A stretch of 55,968 nt of DNA from Seison nebaliae. Lineage: Eukaryota. Shown one piece after another: positions 52,237 through 55,968 of the stretch (position 1 is the first letter of the stretch; the number at the start of each line of letters is the position of its first letter). A program made the translations under genes and the position numbers. Under the pieces are notes generated by a model. It was given only the letters and a program-made list of their open reading frames with translations, made no database searches and had not been told where the DNA came from. The stretch spans positions 1 through 55,968 of the forward strand of contig JALJEE010000455.1 of NCBI GenBank assembly GCA_023231475.1, read 5' to 3'.

Positions 52237-53379
52237 TTATTTAACACTCATTTTTAATAAACGAACAAATCGTAAAAATTCCTTAGGAAATGGTGCAGAA
52301 AATTTATAATCCATTCCATTAAAATTGGGTATTAGCAATTGATTGGAATGGAGAAACATTGGGAGATTTCTGACTTTCGTCTCTCTAATCTGTAACAATT
52401 CCATTGTCTTTCTATTTAATTTCTGTGGAAGATTTTTTCGATAATGAGAATATTTATGATCTCCAAGAATCGGTGTCATCAATCCGTAAGCCAAATGACT
52501 CCGCAATTGATGTTTCACTCCCGTAATCGGTTGCAGTTCCATAAGAGAAGTATAAGCAGATTCATTAAAATCAACGACTTTAAATTTGGTAATTGCTTCT
52601 TTCGAATTCTTAAAGAATTTCTTAGTCTTTAACAATTTTTCTTTCATTTTGTCAATTTCATAATTTGTCAATTGATTCTTCTTTGTATTAAACTCTAAAG
52701 TTTCGTCTGATGAACATACCATCGTTTTATAACGACCACCTAATTTTTCTTCTTTCAATGGAAGTTCAATAATTCCATGATTGAATGATGGAATATTTTT
52801 TGTTAAACAAAAATACTGTTTATTAACGGATCTCTTTAAAAAATGTTGGTGAAGTGAATGGTGAATTCTTTCATTCTTTGTTAAAATCAATACACCAGTT
52901 GTTTGTCGATCAAGTCGATGACCTAATTTTAATTTGAAATTTTTCAATTGAAATTTCAACGGAACTAACGGATCGAATTTAGTCCCGTATAACTGACTTG
53001 AGATTGCTGGTAGAAGTTGATTAATAGAATAATTGATAGTCTTCGTTTCACTTAAACTAATCGTATTATCAAAAGTATTCTTACATGAAACATTTAACGG
53101 TTTGTCAATAACTAAAAAATCATCATTCTCAAAAACGATACGACCCAATAAAAATTTTATAAAATTTTTCAACAAATCTTCACGAAAAACAATCTTCTCT
53201 TTCAAATTCTGTTTATAAACTTCAATTTCTTCCTTTTCATGCATTATCTTCTCATTATTTTTCATCGTAACTGCATCCGAATTATTTAGTTCATTAAACA
53301 ATTTCGAATTTGACTGCATCATAAAATATTGTTGGTCTACTACAGACGGTGATGTAATTGTTTTGTCATTCTCTTCCAT
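52237..53379 (-). CDS. RPUSD4: RluA-family mitochondrial pseudouridine synthase
   Basis: Motifs VIDKP, catalytic HRLDRQTTGVLIL, and LQPITGVKHQLRSHLAYGLMTPILGDHKYS (RPUSD4-type). The N-terminus may include an upstream exon. Confidence 0.88.
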   Translation of the reverse strand: MEENDKTITSPSVVDQQYFMMQSNSKLFNELNNSDAVTMKNNEKIMHEKEEIEVYKQNLKEKIVFREDLLKNFIKFLLGRIVFENDDFLVIDKPLNVSCKNTFDNTISLSETKTINYSINQLLPAISSQLYGTKFDPLVPLKFQLKNFKLKLGHRLDRQTTGVLILTKNERIHHSLHQHFLKRSVNKQYFCLTKNIPSFNHGIIELPLKEEKLGGRYKTMVCSSDETLEFNTKKNQLTNYEIDKMKEKLLKTKKFFKNSKEAITKFKVVDFNESAYTSLMELQPITGVKHQLRSHLAYGLMTPILGDHKYSHYRKNLPQKLNRKTMELLQIRETKVRNLPMFLHSNQLLIPNFNGMDYKFSAPFPKEFLRFVRLLKMSVK

Positions 53380-53919
53380 TTGTGATAAGACATTAATTTC
53401 TTATTTATTTCCAGTTAATGCTATGATCTTAAAATTGAATTTTTTGTCTTTAATTTTTTCTTTTTTCTATTCTTTTCATTTCAATTTAACATAACTGCTT
53501 CATTCACCATACATCGCTTTATGAGTTCATAACCATCTACTTATATGAAAAATTCCAAATATAAAAAATCTTACATCACCTTTAACAGTGGATGTAACCT
53601 AACCTAACAAGTTATAAGTGGATATGATCATAACAGATAAAAGATATTTTTGCTTGGAACAAAGAGATACGAAATTGATGATGGTTACGAAATAATGAAG
53701 AATTGTTTTCCAGATTAATTGCTGAGAACAATTCTTTGGGTGTCTTCTGACAAAATAAACTTCATTCTGAAACATGTATTGAAATTAACGAATTTATCAA
53801 TTTTTTTAAATATTCAATTGTTTTAAAATAATCAGCGGAAATGAAGCACCAGAAACATTTCTTTCCTTGTTATGAGTTTTCTCAACATTCGTGCCTAAAG
53901 AATTTTTATTATAGAATGT

Positions 53920-55560
53920 TCTAGTGCCGGAGTGGGAAAGCCCACTTATTTCTTTCAAGTAGGGTAGTATATTTCATAATTCGTTTAAAAAAGAAGCTTA
54001 CATATAAATGATAAGTGAAAAATATGGAAAGCTTTGAAGATATGGAAAAATTATACAAAAAAACTAATGAAAAAAACTTGTAAAGATGGAACGATATGTA
54101 AATTGTGCGATATATTCTTAAAATCGGACAGAAAATCCAATTTAATAAGATACTATAAATTATTATATCCAATGTTCGATGGAAATCAGATCGTGACGAC
54201 GAATGAACAGCAAGAATTAGATCTTTCAACTTTTATATCGCAGGATATCGCAATATCCTGTTTGCCGATGGAATCTTCATCAAAATTGGTAAGGAAAGTT
54301 TTGACGGAGTTGGAGAAACGTTTAAATTCGAACGAATCTTTGTTCATTATATACAGAATTCATATTTCAAGACGATCGGTCATGAGGAGAATGGACGATT
54401 TATCGACTGAAATTACATCGGAATTGAAACAAACTATTACTAGAGCAAAATTTGTATCTATTGCATTGGATGAATCGGTGACATTCGATCCAATGTGCGA
54501 ATTGGTTGTTTTTGTTCGATTGACGGACAATAATTTGACAATAAATGAAAAATTTTTGGAATTGGTGCCTTTAACAAATACAAGGAAAGGTATCGATGTG
54601 TTCCAAGCGATAAAACATCTAATTGAAAATTTGATATCACAATAAGTAAGATAATTTCTGTACGAACGGATGGTGTTCCGGCTATGAGAGGCCGACGAAA
54701 TGGTTTCTTAGGATTATTTCAGGATTACATTGGTCATGAAATATTATTCGTTCATTGTATAATTCATCAACAACTGTTAAGCACCAAATCAAATTCAATT
54801 TCCGAAGTGATATCAGATATGGGACATTATTAAAAAGATTAAGAATAAATCTTCATTGACAAATAGATTATTTAAACAATTTTTACAAGAAAAGAATATT
54901 ACGGACCATCTTCCAGATAATTGCCATGTTGGATTGTTATGGGCTAACAAAATGGTTCACAGTTATTTAATTTTGGAAGAACACATTCTTAAATTCATCA
55001 ATGATAAGGAATTGGTATCCAAAGAAAAACTAACAGTAAGTAAATTAGAATCGTTCGATTGGAAGTTATATGTTCGTTTTATTTCAGACATTCTAAAATT
55101 ATTTGCAAAGCTAAACCAAAGTTTGGAAGGGAGAAATACAATTTTATTACAATCCATGAATGAAATTACGAAATGTGTTGAAAAACTTAAAATGATACAC
55201 CGTGATTTGAGTAAAGGCGAATTAAAATCCTTTCCAAGTTTATTAAAATTCACATCGTATAAAGAAAATTACATAATTGAACAAGAATATCTATCTACCA
55301 TGTATTACAATTTTCAAAATGTAATTGATCACTTAATCAGCAATTTTCGAGAGCGATTTGGCGAATTAAAATCTTCATTATATTACACATCGACAACATT
55401 ATTAATATCAAATCCTTTTCAGGAAATAACTTCCGAATTTGGTTTTTTTCGAAGGACATCCACGATGAATTGAACGCAATGAGATGTGACAGATCGAATC
55501 ATCATGAGAATCATCAGGACGAAATTTGATGATTTTGTTTATCAAAAAAAAATATATTTT
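53920..55560 (+). pseudogene. Decayed hAT transposase (Buster/SPIN/GTF2IRD2-like)
   Basis: Degenerate finger CKLC...RKSNLIRYY, SIALDES (first D), LVVFVR...EKFLELVPLTNTRKGIDVF, then after a stop TDGVPAMRGRRNGF (about 54666) and HCIIHQQ (about 54752). The frame is broken by stops and frameshifts. Confidence 0.85.
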
Positions 55561-55968
55561 TTTTTTGTTAATCATACCATATCCCCGCGGGGCAAATTAT
55601 ATAGAAAAAGAGATAGCTCCTTAAAGGAGTTATTTAAAATAAAGTTCCTACCTAGATCAATGTACTCCTTGAGTGATTCGGGAACCAGAAGATCTAATAA
55701 CAAAATTGGATATCAGTGATAACGGCTCATCGAGAGAAGATGGGAATTCAAGAGAATAATATCGGCAAAAAATTTTGGAGAGACGACTAGAAGCTCTCAT
55801 ATTGTGTATAGGTTGGAACTGGAAGGGCCGATCGGGAAACCGAGTCAACTACTTTCAGATACCTCTGTGCCAGGAGTAGCGGTAAAGGAGTCAATTCGCA
55901 AATCGTGAACATAAATGCTCTATTGAAAGGCTTATGACACCCGAGCATCATTCGAACTGTTCTATTAT

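Noticed and set aside
55586..55968. CCCCGCGGGG palindrome and a KAYDT peptide suggesting an RT fragment
   Set aside because: These are isolated short motifs among stops at the window edge, which is insufficient support.
1..55968. tRNA, rRNA, snRNA or spliced-leader RNA genes; alternative genetic code
   Set aside because: None recognised by eye (a covariance-model search would be needed). Conserved genes translate cleanly with the standard code and use TAA, TAG and TGA as stops.

Overview
This is AT-rich eukaryotic nuclear DNA, probably from a compact invertebrate genome (inferred from animal-type KCNQ, VIPAS39, RPUSD4 and MRPS33; the species cannot be determined here). Recognisable genes are MRPS33, PDSS1, a multi-exon KCNQ (Kv7) potassium channel, VIPAS39/SPE-39 and RPUSD4. 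There is also an unrecognised giant gene of about 4,500 aa whose first exon is about 12 kb, and three small predicted secreted or membrane protein genes. Mobile DNA includes an apparently intact hAT transposase running off the left edge, hAT-type MITEs, a decayed LINE and a decayed Buster/GTF2IRD2-like hAT transposase. The main surprises are four. (1) All 12 introns placed in the conserved genes start GTT rather than GTA/GTG. (2) An 81-nt GTT...CAG segment would splice RPUSD4 in frame onto VIPAS39; the alternative reading is an operon-like pair resolved by trans-splicing. (3) The giant orphan protein has Cys/His clusters. (4) The KCNQ channel has a roughly 55-aa S3-S4 insertion with N-glycosylation sequons. 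Exon models were built by hand and are untested.
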